Both the position numbers and the translations under genes were made by a program. Of a DNA stretch of 64,000 bases, positions 53,793 to 62,593 are shown piece after piece (within the stretch, counting starts at the first letter, position 1; every line of letters starts with the position of its first letter). This DNA is from a virus, in the IMG/VR virus record IMGVR_UViG_3300033074_002003. One strand, 5' to 3'. Below the pieces are notes generated by a model. The model was given only the letters and a program-made list of their open reading frames with translations, did not search any database and had not been told where the DNA came from.

Positions 53793-54122
53793 ATGAGCGG
53801 CACCGATATCACAGACGAGATCTGCGAGTCCGAGAATCCGGGACCGAACGTCCACCCGTTTTGGGTGGACACGGTTCGTCAGCAGATGGAAGAACGGTTG
53901 CGGCGTATTCGCCCCACCGATCACGACGCCGACAGGTTCAACGTGATGGTCGATGCACAGATTCGTGCGCACGAGTCTTCTGACGAAGAGCTGCTCGCCC
54001 TGCGCGAGAACGCGCGCCGAACGATGGTGTTGCACCCCGACGCGGAAGCGCAGGTGCGTGCCTACCTTCGCGAAGGTGTGTATGATAGAGACATCATCCG
54101 CAGGAAGATGGCGATCCGATGA
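53793..54122 (+). CDS. hypothetical protein
   Basis: internal Met MSGTDITDE preferred because of leaderless promoter. Confidence 0.45.
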   Translation: MSGTDITDEICESENPGPNVHPFWVDTVRQQMEERLRRIRPTDHDADRFNVMVDAQIRAHESSDEELLALRENARRTMVLHPDAEAQVRAYLREGVYDRDIIRRKMAIR

Positions 54123-54475
54123 GGGACATCGTTCGAATCTGCAACGAAATCAAGGAAGCCACGCTGCACGAAAAAGCGTGGGGGACAGCGTTCTGGAAGT
54201 TCGAAGAAGAGGCGGTTCGCCTGGGACTTGCTGTTACGGCAAAGTCCGACGATCCATCTGCGTGTGCAGAGGTGCGCGAGCTGTTGCTTATCGCAATCGA
54301 GCGCGTCGACTTCCTGAGGAGCTACACACGCGAAGAGTTGTACGCTCTCCATGATGCTGCGGCTCGCGACATGAGAGAGAAGACAGACGCTCGAGAGCGC
54401 GTGATCGCATTCCACGTCGCGCGATTTTATCTCATGAAGGTGTTCAACCTGGGCGTGAAGGAGTATCCGAGATGA
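54119..54475 (+). CDS. hypothetical protein
   Basis: ATGA coupling. Confidence 0.45.
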   Translation: MRDIVRICNEIKEATLHEKAWGTAFWKFEEEAVRLGLAVTAKSDDPSACAEVRELLLIAIERVDFLRSYTREELYALHDAAARDMREKTDARERVIAFHVARFYLMKVFNLGVKEYPR

Positions 54476-54684
54476 TCAATGCAATCTGGTACGGTGATCC
54501 GCCCGAGAAGTGCGACACGTGCGAGTCGCCCATCACCGACGAGTTCGTCGACGGTCGAACTGTGGGTGGCGTCTGGGCGTGCATGTGCAAGCGCTGCCAT
54601 GGGATGTTCGGGCACGGCCTGGGCACGGGCAAGGGACAGCGCTACAAGCTCGTCGACGGGAAGTTCGTGAAAGCGGAGGGATGA
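54472..54684 (+). CDS. small zinc-ribbon protein
   Basis: CDTC...CMCKRCHG; ATGA coupling. Confidence 0.45.
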   Translation: MINAIWYGDPPEKCDTCESPITDEFVDGRTVGGVWACMCKRCHGMFGHGLGTGKGQRYKLVDGKFVKAEG

Positions 54685-54881
54685 TGCTCGCGATCACACC
54701 GAGGCAGGCGACGATCCTCACCCACCTCGCTGCAGGGCTCGTGAAGAAAGAGATCGCCGAGGAGCTGGACATCACCACCGACACGGTGAAGTTCCACCTC
54801 ACCGTCATCCGCCGGCGCCTCTGCGCGAAGAACGCTGCACACGCTGTCGCGATCGCCGTCAGGAAGGGAATCATAGCGTGA
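54681..54881 (+). CDS. LuxR/GerE-type HTH transcriptional regulator (66 aa)
   Basis: LTPRQ..IL..LA.G...KEIA..L.I...TVK.HL..I..KL...N...A pattern; GGAGG SD; ATGA overlap. Confidence 0.55.
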   Translation: MMLAITPRQATILTHLAAGLVKKEIAEELDITTDTVKFHLTVIRRRLCAKNAAHAVAIAVRKGIIA

Positions 54882-55297
54882 GCGTGCGGACGAAGCCGTT
54901 CGAGGACGCGGTCATCAAGGGATTCCACGATCCCAACGGGCTCCTCGTGTTCGATTACCAACCCGGGAACGGGACGCGGTACGTGATCTCGATCACGACG
55001 CTCGACGAGGTGTCACCCGAGGCCCGCGACCTCATGGGCCTCAAGTTCGACACCGTCGGGATGCTGTGCCTCCACAACATGGGATCGCACCGCTGGCTCG
55101 AGGTGCCGGACAGCCGCGGGACCCTGATGCTCTCTGACGTCATCAGGCAGCTCGGCCTCGAGAAACACGTGTCAGACGCCGTCGTGGTCGCCGAGTTCGC
55201 TGCGCACGTCTGCAAGTGCTACCTCTCGCACCCCGCCAACGAGGAAACCGTCCGCCAGTTCGTGAACGCGCGTGACCCCGACATGTCCGGGTGGTAG
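54878..55297 (+). CDS. hypothetical protein
   Basis: ORF track 139 aa. Confidence 0.45.
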   Translation: MSVRTKPFEDAVIKGFHDPNGLLVFDYQPGNGTRYVISITTLDEVSPEARDLMGLKFDTVGMLCLHNMGSHRWLEVPDSRGTLMLSDVIRQLGLEKHVSDAVVVAEFAAHVCKCYLSHPANEETVRQFVNARDPDMSGW

Positions 55298-55300
55298 AGT
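55292..55300 (+). promoter_or_regulatory. extended -10 TGGTAGAGT, 6 nt before ATG 55307 (leaderless)
   Basis: motif class. Confidence 0.45.
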
Positions 55301-55306
55301 CTACTC

Positions 55307-55789
55307 ATGGCAAACAACGAACCCCGGATGCTCTTCGCTCTCCCGTCCATCGAGTGCGCTGCACTCTGGGAGGCCTTCTGTGTGGGACAGCTCTCGGACG
55401 GCTACTGGGAGGGTGCACGCCCGCTGCATCACTGGGTGCCGTGGTGCTCCGCGCGTGTGGTGGTCGACGCCGTCCGTCCCGGTCGCGAGGGCGCGTACGT
55501 CCCGCGTGACAAGTACGCGCTCGACAACAAGGAGCTCATGGAGATCCTCGGGTTCGAGATGCAGTACTTCCTCGGGCTCGTGCGCAAGTACCCGGGGCAC
55601 GCGCTCGTCCTCCCCAAGTGGGACCTGCCGCGCAGCCCATCATGTCACGCGGAGATGAACGCGGACCCGGGCAGCAAGTTCGGTGCCCTCGGGCTCGCTC
55701 CGCTGTCACCGAGTGAGGTGCCCTCGCTCCTCGAGGTGAAGAAGGTGCTGCGCGCCATCAAGCTCGCGATGCGCACCCCTCGCGTGTAG
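55307..55789 (+). CDS. hypothetical protein
   Basis: ORF track 160 aa. Confidence 0.5.
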   Translation: MANNEPRMLFALPSIECAALWEAFCVGQLSDGYWEGARPLHHWVPWCSARVVVDAVRPGREGAYVPRDKYALDNKELMEILGFEMQYFLGLVRKYPGHALVLPKWDLPRSPSCHAEMNADPGSKFGALGLAPLSPSEVPSLLEVKKVLRAIKLAMRTPRV

Positions 55790-55835
55790 TTCGACAACGG
55801 GTGGGATACATTCAGCTCTAGGAAGGCAGGAAACC

Positions 55836-56291
55836 ATGAAGAAGATGATGATGCTCGCGCTCGTGTTGTGTGCAGTCGGTTGCGGTGCGGCGGTGGAGGC
55901 GCCCCCGATCTCGACGAGCGACACCGGATCGTCCCCCACGGACACGGGCCCGCCCATCGCGGTGGACACGGGTGCGGCCGACACCTCCCCCGAGGTCGCA
56001 GTCGACGCGGGTCCCAGCCTCGGGTGCACCGCGTACCCGAAGGAGGACAACACGATCTCGTGCAGCTTCGAGGCCGCGGCGGGCGCCGCCTACTACGCGG
56101 AGGCGCGCGACAGCGAGTTCGGAGCCATCGTCCCGGCGCTGGTGGAGTCGCGCGTGTGCGACCTCGACGGCTGCACCGAGTTCGAGGCGGTGTTCACCGA
56201 GGCGACCCCCACCGAGGGTCGGAAGGTCCGGACGGACGTGACCCCGCGTGCCTCCACCCGGCTCGTCACGGTGAAGTGGTCCGCCTGGTAG
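55836..56291 (+). CDS. putative lipoprotein
   Basis: MKKMMMLALVLCAVGCG lipobox; SD GGAAGG. Confidence 0.55.
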   Translation: MKKMMMLALVLCAVGCGAAVEAPPISTSDTGSSPTDTGPPIAVDTGAADTSPEVAVDAGPSLGCTAYPKEDNTISCSFEAAAGAAYYAEARDSEFGAIVPALVESRVCDLDGCTEFEAVFTEATPTEGRKVRTDVTPRASTRLVTVKWSAW

Positions 56292-56317
56292 CGCTCGCGT
56301 GACTGGGTTTCCCCACA

Positions 56318-56327
56318 GGGATATAAC
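56318..56327 (+). promoter_or_regulatory. -10 GGGATATAAC with 18-nt leader containing SD GGAGAGA
   Basis: upstream of 56346. Confidence 0.35.
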
Positions 56328-56345
56328 TGGAAGTAGGAGAGACCC

Positions 56346-57074
56346 ATGGACGAAAAACTGAAGTCGGTCATCGAGAAGATCAACAAGCTCCGCGCGCTCG
56401 CCACGAGCTCAAACCCACACGAGGCCGCCTCGGCGGCGGCCCGTGCTGCGGCTCTCATCGACGAGCACCAGCTCTCGGAGGCCCAGCTGGAAGCTGTGGA
56501 GAACCGCGAGTCACCTCAGGTCGCGGACGATCCGATCCTTCGCGGGAAGGTGATGTCACAGTGGAAGGTGTGGCTCGTTCACGGGCTCGCCGAACACTTC
56601 GGTGTCTACTCGATCCGGCAGGTTCGTCGTGGGGGCGAGGACGACATCAAGCTCACGGGCCGCGCTCGTGACGTGGAGATCGTCCGGTACTTCTTCACGT
56701 GGCTCTCTGCCGAGGTGGAGCGCCTGTGCAGGGCGAACAAGCCCCCGAGCTGTGGGATGAAGTGGACCGTCACGTACCGCAACGGCGTGTCGCACGGGAT
56801 CTGCGTGAAGCTCAAGGAGATGAAGCGCGCCGAGGTGGCTGCACGCGTGTCCACGTCAGCGGCGATGGTGTACCTCGACTCGCGGTTCGCCCTCGCGCGT
56901 GAGGTGTACGTGAAGTCGATGGCGCCGGGACACCGTGTCGTTGCCACGAAGGGCTGCTACGGCTCCGATCTCAACGCCTTCAACCAGGGCGTGCGTGACG
57001 GCAAGGCGATCAACCTCGGTGCCCAGCTAGGAGGCGGCGACGGGTCGAGCGCGGGACCACGACTCATGCGGTGA
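56346..57074 (+). CDS. hypothetical protein with DUF2786-like N-terminus
   Basis: KINKLRALATSSNPHEAASAAARAAALIDEH pattern. Confidence 0.5.
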   Translation: MDEKLKSVIEKINKLRALATSSNPHEAASAAARAAALIDEHQLSEAQLEAVENRESPQVADDPILRGKVMSQWKVWLVHGLAEHFGVYSIRQVRRGGEDDIKLTGRARDVEIVRYFFTWLSAEVERLCRANKPPSCGMKWTVTYRNGVSHGICVKLKEMKRAEVAARVSTSAAMVYLDSRFALAREVYVKSMAPGHRVVATKGCYGSDLNAFNQGVRDGKAINLGAQLGGGDGSSAGPRLMR

Positions 57075-57494
57075 CTCCCTCTCGTGAGCGGGTTACAACA
57101 TACTTACAGAGAGGAACGAACCCATGTCCAAGAACACTGCCAAGAAGCCGCGCGATACGGTCCTCCGGGACGAGCTGATGCACTGCAAGTCGGGTGGCCC
57201 GATGCGCGACCGCCGGGAGCGCCGCGCGAAGGAGAAGAAGCACGCGTGGAAGAAGGAAGAGCTCTGATGTTCGGCTTCGACCCCGACGTCGTGTTCGCCT
57301 TCGCTCCCATCGTCGGGGGCGCGGGGTACCTCGTCCTCGAGGGGATCGTGGCCGCCTGGGAGTACATGGCACTCTAGGGTGTGCCTCGCGGCTGACTTGA
57401 GAGCACACTTTGTGCCCGGGATGGGTTCCTATACCTCCCGGGCACAGTGCTTTTCTACGAGGTTCTGTGGGTCGCGTGTAATCGCGGGTGCCGC

Positions 57495-57502
57495 GGTATA
57501 CA
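57495..57502 (+). promoter_or_regulatory. -10 GGTATACA, 8 nt before ATG 57511 (leaderless)
   Basis: motif class. Confidence 0.35.
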
Positions 57503-57510
57503 CTGTCGAT

Positions 57511-57810
57511 ATGGCAAAGCGAATCGATGTCCTCGTTGGTAACGCGACCCTGCTCGTGCGTGAGGTCCCGGGGGAGCACTCGACCCTGAAAGACGACGGC
57601 GAGCGGGCGGAAAACCGCCTCTTGCGTGCTGTGGCGAGGTGGTACGGCTTTCCCGTGAAGGGCGTGTGGCGGTGCGGTACCCTCGTGGCGATCGACATCG
57701 ATTGCGGTGACGACTACGAGCTCTGCTCGCAGTGCAACCGCGATCACGAGTACGATGGGCACGGTCCCGAGTGCGCCCGTGATATCAATGACGCGGTGGA
57801 GTATAACTGA
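57511..57810 (+). CDS. hypothetical protein
   Basis: MAKRIDVLVGN; Cys-rich C-term. Confidence 0.45.
   Translation: MAKRIDVLVGNATLLVREVPGEHSTLKDDGERAENRLLRAVARWYGFPVKGVWRCGTLVAIDIDCGDDYELCSQCNRDHEYDGHGPECARDINDAVEYN
57797..57807 (+). promoter_or_regulatory. extended -10 TGGAGTATAAC, 6 nt before ATG 57814 (inside 3-prime end of previous CDS)
   Basis: motif class. Confidence 0.4.
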
Positions 57811-57813
57811 GTC

Positions 57814-58077
57814 ATGGACAAGGCAACCACCCAGAAGTTCCTCGAAGCGTGGATCGCGTACACGGGCTTCTCGCCCGGTAGTGTGAAGGACATCCGCGTC
57901 GAGGAGGACCCGATGTACAAGGGTACGTACGCCGGCCGCGTCGATGTGGGCGATCCGAAGCCCTTCGACTTCATGGTCACCGGGTGCAACCCGGTCACGA
58001 TGACGACCGACGCGATCGCCGACCTCATCGAGGAGTGCGAGTTCGTCGCGTTCCCACCTCGCGTGCGGGGTCGGTGA
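57814..58077 (+). CDS. hypothetical protein
   Basis: ORF track 87 aa. Confidence 0.45.
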   Translation: MDKATTQKFLEAWIAYTGFSPGSVKDIRVEEDPMYKGTYAGRVDVGDPKPFDFMVTGCNPVTMTTDAIADLIEECEFVAFPPRVRGR

Positions 58078-58274
58078 TGCCCCTCGAGGCCATCACGCTC
58101 GCGCAACTGCGGGATCGCAACCGCGGCGCGTTCAGTCGCATGCCCGCGAAACTCGCTCGCGCCTCCTTCCTCACGGACGGGAAGAACGTGTCTGCCACCC
58201 TCCCGGAGTCCACCCACGTATGGACGGGCCGGAAGTGGGTGGTCGCGCGTGATAGCGGATCGGAAACGAAGTAG
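58077..58274 (+). CDS. hypothetical small protein
   Basis: TGATG overlap; MPLEAITLAQL. Confidence 0.35.
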   Translation: MPLEAITLAQLRDRNRGAFSRMPAKLARASFLTDGKNVSATLPESTHVWTGRKWVVARDSGSETK

Positions 58275-58277
58275 AGT
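58271..58277 (+). promoter_or_regulatory. -10 GTAGAGT with leader SD GGAGAGAG before ATG 58297
   Basis: parallels 56318 element. Confidence 0.35.
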
Positions 58278-58296
58278 GGGAAGTAGGAGAGAGCAC

Positions 58297-58674
58297 ATGG
58301 ACCCGAAACTCGGAATCGAAATCACCAACGAGGACATCACGTTCGCCGACGGGATCGACGACTCCGACGGCTGTCGCCCACCGCTCGCAGAAGAGGTCGA
58401 GCTGCACGCGTGCACTCGCGATCCCGACTGGCTCCTCGCCCTCCTCATCGCGGAGATCGCGCGTGGCGCTCTGAAACATGGCGATCCCGACGTGACACCT
58501 CGCCAGATGCGGTGGATCGTCGCCACAGAGATCGGTGCACTCGAGAGTGCACTTGCGGAACACGTTCGAGACTTCTACACGCGGGTGAACGACGATATCG
58601 GGCGTGTCAAGGCCCACAACACGAGCTTCTCCGGGGGGACGAAGGGGGAGGAAAAAGAATGCGAAGACGCGTGA
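58297..58674 (+). CDS. hypothetical protein
   Basis: MDPKLGIEITNED; 125 aa. Confidence 0.45.
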   Translation: MDPKLGIEITNEDITFADGIDDSDGCRPPLAEEVELHACTRDPDWLLALLIAEIARGALKHGDPDVTPRQMRWIVATEIGALESALAEHVRDFYTRVNDDIGRVKAHNTSFSGGTKGEEKECEDA

Positions 58675-58763
58675 GGTTCGGCGCACGGTGAGATAAAACT
58701 AGATCATCAGGTGGGAACAACCACCGAGAACACCAACCAAGTTACGAAGGAAGAGAGAACACC

Positions 58764-59039
58764 ATGTCCAAGAGCACCAAGACCACTGCCAAGAAGCCCG
58801 TCACCCGCTACGGCGCGAAGACCGCCCCCGGGAAGGGTCACTCGTTCAAGTGGGAGGAGGCCCCCGGCGTCGGCATCGGGGTCTGCAGCCACTGCACCGC
58901 GAAGCTGAAGTTCGTCGAGAACGGCCCGCGCGGCGGCAAGCACCGCATGTACTGGCATGCCGGTGTCGACGGGGCGAAGGGCAAGTGGCTCCCGGAGGAG
59001 CCCAAGTGCAAGCGCGAGCCGGCCTCCAAGGCGGCCTGA
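58764..59039 (+). CDS. small basic Cys/His protein, paralog of 48476..48775
   Basis: conserved HSFKWEEAPGVGIGVCSHC...KFVENGPRGGKHRMY; leader hairpin GGTGG-GAACAA-CCACC; SD GAAGGAAGAGAG. Confidence 0.55.
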   Translation: MSKSTKTTAKKPVTRYGAKTAPGKGHSFKWEEAPGVGIGVCSHCTAKLKFVENGPRGGKHRMYWHAGVDGAKGKWLPEEPKCKREPASKAA

Positions 59040-59051
59040 CGCACTCCCACT

Positions 59052-59085
59052 GTCGGGTGGCGGCTCACACGGGTCGCCACCCGAC
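59052..59085 (+). terminator. strong 13-bp GC-rich hairpin (GTCGGGTGGCGGC...GTCGCCACCCGAC) without U-tract
   Basis: 12 nt after stop of 58764..59039, immediately upstream of tRNA-Met. Confidence 0.5.
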
Positions 59086-59095
59086 ACGCGTCTCA

Positions 59096-59169
59096 GGGCA
59101 CATAGCTCAAGAGGTTAGAGCTGTCGCCTCATATGCGATCGGTTCCGGGTTCGAGTCCTGGTGTGCCCA
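59096..59169 (+). tRNA. tRNA-Met or Ile2 (CAT)
   Basis: acceptor GGGCACA/TGTGCCC, D-arm GCTC..GAGC, anticodon loop CTCATAT, T-arm CCGGG-TTCGAGT-CCTGG. Confidence 0.8.
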
Positions 59170-59658
59170 CTGTAACAGCCCGTTGTCTAGTTCCCAATGG
59201 TGATTTGGACACAGGATTGCGATATTCGATTCAGCGTTGACGACGCTAAGTCGTGTGTCGAGATCAAAAGACGCAATTCCTTTGATGTGTGCAAATTCGA
59301 CGTGTTTGTCGTATGCACAAATCATACATTTGCGAGGAAGATGATCGTTCCACCGACGAGCGTAATAACGAACTGGTGACCACTTCTGATGTGAACTGAC
59401 ATTTTCTCTTTTGCACTTGTCAGCATAATATCGAAGCGTGAGATTGCGCGCGCGTCTGTCACTGTCCAGACATTCAACGACGCACTTGCTACAGAATCGT
59501 GTTTTGTTCGTTAGAGTACGTTTGAACTCGACTTTACACTCGTGACAAATACGTGTCGGTGCTCTCTTTGGACTGTTGAAGAGAGCGGCACACTTGCAGT
59601 TACAGAATTTGCGTGCTAGATTAGTCAGGGGTGTGTTACAGTATACGCACTTTTTCAC
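59107..59658 (-). CDS. HNH homing endonuclease (AT-rich)
   Basis: Cys-rich N-term; HNH core CMICAYDKHVEFAHIKG...NIAILCPNHHWELDNG; ORF 3-prime end runs into tRNA-Met. Confidence 0.75.
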   Translation of the reverse strand: MKKCVYCNTPLTNLARKFCNCKCAALFNSPKRAPTRICHECKVEFKRTLTNKTRFCSKCVVECLDSDRRARNLTLRYYADKCKRENVSSHQKWSPVRYYARRWNDHLPRKCMICAYDKHVEFAHIKGIASFDLDTRLSVVNAESNIAILCPNHHWELDNGLLQWAHQDSNPEPIAYEATALTS

Positions 59659-59723
59659 TCTCTGACTTTACAGATATTTTGTCATTTGTAACGGTGTGCC
59701 CACACGTGTTCCCAAGTTCGCTG

Positions 59724-59734
59724 TGGTGTAGAGT
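59724..59734 (+). promoter_or_regulatory. extended -10 TGGTGTAGAGT followed by conserved leader TATCTCAAGGAGCAAGGAAC-ATG
   Basis: near-identical copy at 60131. Confidence 0.45.
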
Positions 59735-59754
59735 TATCTCAAGGAGCAAGGAAC

Positions 59755-60099
59755 ATGGCAATCTTCACCGCCCCCGCGAACTGGAAGGAAAACGAGCGCT
59801 GGTTCGACGACGCGGGCAAGGGCCAGCGAGAGGCGTTCGTGAAGCAGTTCTGCAAGGCCACGTTCACCTTCGGCGGGCAGACGCTTGTCATCATCTCGTA
59901 CCCCCGGAACGACGGGAAGGATGTCACCGTGTTCGATCTGGACTCGGGTGATGTGTACGAGATGCCCATCGAGGACGTGTTCGAGTGCAAGCAGACACGT
60001 CCCACGGAACGCTCCGACTACGAGTTTTCGCACGTCTGGAACTCGCGTGTCTGTGTGGAGGCCGAGGACATCGCGATCCTCCTCTTCGAGGAAGAGTGA
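59755..60099 (+). CDS. hypothetical protein
   Basis: ORF track 114 aa; SD AAGGAG. Confidence 0.5.
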   Translation: MAIFTAPANWKENERWFDDAGKGQREAFVKQFCKATFTFGGQTLVIISYPRNDGKDVTVFDLDSGDVYEMPIEDVFECKQTRPTERSDYEFSHVWNSRVCVEAEDIAILLFEEE

Positions 60100-60130
60100 G
60101 CGAGCCCGCGTGCCACTGATCTCACCGCGG

Positions 60131-60138
60131 TGTAGAGT
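60131..60138 (+). promoter_or_regulatory. -10 TGTAGAGT followed by conserved leader AATCTCAAGGAGCGAGGAAC-ATG
   Basis: duplicate of 59724 element. Confidence 0.45.
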
Positions 60139-60158
60139 AATCTCAAGGAGCGAGGAAC

Positions 60159-60539
60159 ATGAGCAACTTCGAACTTCTGGGCAGCATCTCGGCCTCCATC
60201 GCGGGTGACCACCGCTACACTGATCGCCTCGAGATCCTCATCAACACCGAGGAGAAGCTCGTGCGTGTCACCGTGAGCGGTACCGTCGCCTCGGGCGGTA
60301 TCGACGGTCCTGGTGGCGCGAACGCTCCCAACGAACACGCGCGGAGCGAGCACCCGCTCTCCGACGTCGCCGGGATCGCGAGGGCAGTGTCAGCCCACTT
60401 GAAGTCCTCGCGCTTCAACTTCCACCAGTATGGGAAGCCGACGAAGCGGTTCTATTGGTCGAGCTCCCTCGACGGCGCTGTGGCACCCGGATGGTCCGGC
60501 GCGAAGCTCCGCGAGGCGATCAAGGGATTCACCGCGTGA
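60159..60539 (+). CDS. hypothetical protein
   Basis: ORF track 126 aa. Confidence 0.5.
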   Translation: MSNFELLGSISASIAGDHRYTDRLEILINTEEKLVRVTVSGTVASGGIDGPGGANAPNEHARSEHPLSDVAGIARAVSAHLKSSRFNFHQYGKPTKRFYWSSSLDGAVAPGWSGAKLREAIKGFTA

Positions 60540-60733
60540 ACAGGGACTCGGGAGGTCGCCCGATCAGGTTGGGCGACCTCGTCCGCAACGAGTTCGGTGT
60601 CATCGTTGCGCTGGGACCCACTACCACTTCGACCGGCTTGCGACTCGAATTCTTCTACTTGCCGTACTCTCGCACGGAACGGATTCGTACGGCATCACCC
60701 AGCATGTTCGGGAAGCGGGTCATCGCTCGCTGA
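60535..60733 (+). CDS. array-family small protein, solitary plus-strand copy (GTG start, GTGA overlap)
   Basis: VNRDSGGRPIRLGDLVRNEFGVIVALG...GKRVIAR. Confidence 0.55.
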
Positions 60734-60757
60734 GACGCGTGCAGACCCGGCGCTCGG

Positions 60758-60767
60758 GTGGTAGAGT
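60758..60767 (+). promoter_or_regulatory. extended -10 GTGGTAGAGT, 6 nt before ATG 60774
   Basis: motif class. Confidence 0.45.
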
Positions 60768-60773
60768 CTCATC

Positions 60774-61085
60774 ATGGACAGCAACAAGGTTCCGAAGGGC
60801 TTCAAAAAGTGGAGCTACGGCACCGCCGATTGGGTGCACCTGGGATCAGGCGAGATCATTGCACCCGATCCGAAGCGCGCACAGGAGATACACGAGGAAT
60901 GGCTCGTCGATGAGGCTCGTCGCCTTGGGTTCTGGATCGAGCGGCAGCTCCCTGCGTGTATCGAGAAGCTGGCACGCGAACCGTCGCTCGACATCCACAT
61001 CGACGAGTTCGGGTTCAAGTTGCACGCGAGGATGGTTGACGGCACCCTCGTCGTCACGAGTGACTTCGATCGCATGGAAGGATAG
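60774..61085 (+). CDS. hypothetical protein
   Basis: ORF track 103 aa. Confidence 0.5.
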   Translation: MDSNKVPKGFKKWSYGTADWVHLGSGEIIAPDPKRAQEIHEEWLVDEARRLGFWIERQLPACIEKLAREPSLDIHIDEFGFKLHARMVDGTLVVTSDFDRMEG

Positions 61086-61088
61086 AGT
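61080..61088 (+). promoter_or_regulatory. -10 GGATAGAGT, 6 nt before ATG 61095
   Basis: motif class; inside end of previous CDS. Confidence 0.4.
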
Positions 61089-61094
61089 ACTCTC

Positions 61095-61364
61095 ATGGCC
61101 GACATGAACAACACGATGGTAGTCATCAGGGCGAACGGGTCTCGCGGGTCGATTTCGCCGACCTGGGACGCTGCGAAGGCGGCGCTCGGTGGCGCGATGA
61201 TCGAGGTCGTCTACTTGAGAGGTGGTGCGGTGTTGCTCGTCGACGAGGAGGGACTCTTGAAGTCGCTCGACTTGAACATCGTCGCGACGAACATCGCGGG
61301 CCACGAGATCGTGGGGGATGCCGTGATGGTGCCCAAGGAGCTCGTCACCGCGGTGCTCGACTGA
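61095..61364 (+). CDS. hypothetical protein
   Basis: ORF track 89 aa. Confidence 0.45.
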   Translation: MADMNNTMVVIRANGSRGSISPTWDAAKAALGGAMIEVVYLRGGAVLLVDEEGLLKSLDLNIVATNIAGHEIVGDAVMVPKELVTAVLD

Positions 61365-61690
61365 TGTGCGACCACGGAACAGTTGGGTGCACCCGATTCT
61401 GCAGGTGCGAGCTCTGCGTGCGTGACGGGATCGCGTGGCTCGCGGCGTCGATCGCTAGGCGAGCAGTGCTCGGACCTTCGCACACTTCAGGGGCGATCGC
61501 GTACGCGCAGCGCATCCTCAGGCGCGATCGGGTCGACGATGCTGTGCAGACGGACAAAGAACCCGAGGCAATGACGGGCAGCGAACACTCGCGCCTCGAG
61601 CGCCGCCGAGCGACGAAGAGGAAGTGGCAGGATGCACGTGGGAAGAAGAGGCGAAAGGGCTTCTCCCAGTTCAAGCGAGCCGCTGCGTAA
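61364..61690 (+). CDS. hypothetical Cys-rich basic protein
   Basis: TGATG overlap; CDHGTVGCTRFCRCELC. Confidence 0.45.
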   Translation: MCDHGTVGCTRFCRCELCVRDGIAWLAASIARRAVLGPSHTSGAIAYAQRILRRDRVDDAVQTDKEPEAMTGSEHSRLERRRATKRKWQDARGKKRRKGFSQFKRAAA

Positions 61691-61729
61691 TCCCGTGCAA
61701 CGACTGACCAGAAAGGATAGATTGGGAAC

Positions 61730-62008
61730 ATGAACAAGCTCACCACCTCCAAGCGCAAGCCCGGTCGTCCCGCCCGCTTCCTCTTCATCAAGACGGCACG
61801 AGGCCGCGACTTCTACCTCGACCGGAAGCACTCGGTTTTTTACAGCGTGCCGGCCCACGGGATCTGCACCGAGCGCTCGAGGCGCGAGGGGTACGTGCAG
61901 GCCGAGCACTCGCGCGAGGAACAGTACGCGACCGCACTTTCGCTCGCCCGTGCTGCTCATCGCCTCGGGTTCCTCACGGCGACGACGTTCTACCAACTCG
62001 CGGTCTGA
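61730..62008 (+). CDS. hypothetical protein
   Basis: ORF track 92 aa. Confidence 0.45.
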   Translation: MNKLTTSKRKPGRPARFLFIKTARGRDFYLDRKHSVFYSVPAHGICTERSRREGYVQAEHSREEQYATALSLARAAHRLGFLTATTFYQLAV

Positions 62009-62014
62009 GCGCGA

Positions 62015-62088
62015 GTGCTCGTAGCTCAGTTGGATAGAGCAGCGGCCTTCTAAGCCGCCGGTCGCCCGTTCGAGTCGGGCCGGGCACA
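62015..62088 (+). tRNA. tRNA-Arg (TCT)
   Basis: acceptor GTGCTCG/CGGGCAC, D-arm GCTCAGTTGGATAGAGC, anticodon loop CTTCTAA, T-arm GCCCG-TTCGAGT-CGGGC. Confidence 0.8.
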
Positions 62089-62099
62089 CGGAGAAAAAG

Positions 62100-62303
62100 A
62101 TGCAGCACAAACTCAACACCGTGAAGCCCGGTGATCGCTTCAGGGCACAGAACGGTTCGATCGTGAAGGTCATGGAGGTGGACGGGTGGAAACGCCCGGC
62201 TGTGTACGTCACATACACGTACGAGTTCGACTCCACCACCAAGTGGGAGCGCACGGAGCGCGCCTTCCTCTCCCGCTTCACCCCCATCGAACCCTCGCCG
62301 TGA
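62100..62303 (+). CDS. hypothetical protein
   Basis: SD GGAGAAAAAG before ATG. Confidence 0.4.
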   Translation: MQHKLNTVKPGDRFRAQNGSIVKVMEVDGWKRPAVYVTYTYEFDSTTKWERTERAFLSRFTPIEPSP

Positions 62304-62367
62304 CCCGCTCGGGCCCTTCGGGACCCGGGATGGGTTCCCCTACCACCCGCACCAAAGTGAACCCACA

Positions 62368-62562
62368 GTGACCCTCGCGACCCATCCGTACCACTGCTTC
62401 TTCATCGTCGTGCTCGTGACCCTTGGTCACCTCCTCGGTGGGCTCAAGGGCGCCGAGATCGCGCTCGTGTCCATCCTGTCGCTGATGCTCATCATGCGCT
62501 GGTTCGTCCTCCTGCACGCGTGGTGGGAGGAACGCAAGTTCCGTCGCACGCGCAGCTGGTGA
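62368..62562 (+). CDS. small membrane protein
   Basis: two hydrophobic segments. Confidence 0.4.
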   Translation: MTLATHPYHCFFIVVLVTLGHLLGGLKGAEIALVSILSLMLIMRWFVLLHAWWEERKFRRTRSW

Positions 62563-62576
62563 CATCGCACCCGCGC

Positions 62577-62587
62577 GGGTGTAGAGT
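62577..62587 (+). promoter_or_regulatory. -10 GGGTGTAGAGT, 6 nt before ATG 62594
   Basis: motif class. Confidence 0.45.
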
Positions 62588-62593
62588 CTACCC

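Noticed and set aside
53766-54122. Upstream Met (53766) of ORF 53766..54122
   Set aside because: The leaderless TGGGATATAAC promoter sits 6 nt before the internal ATG at 53793, matching the recurrent architecture.
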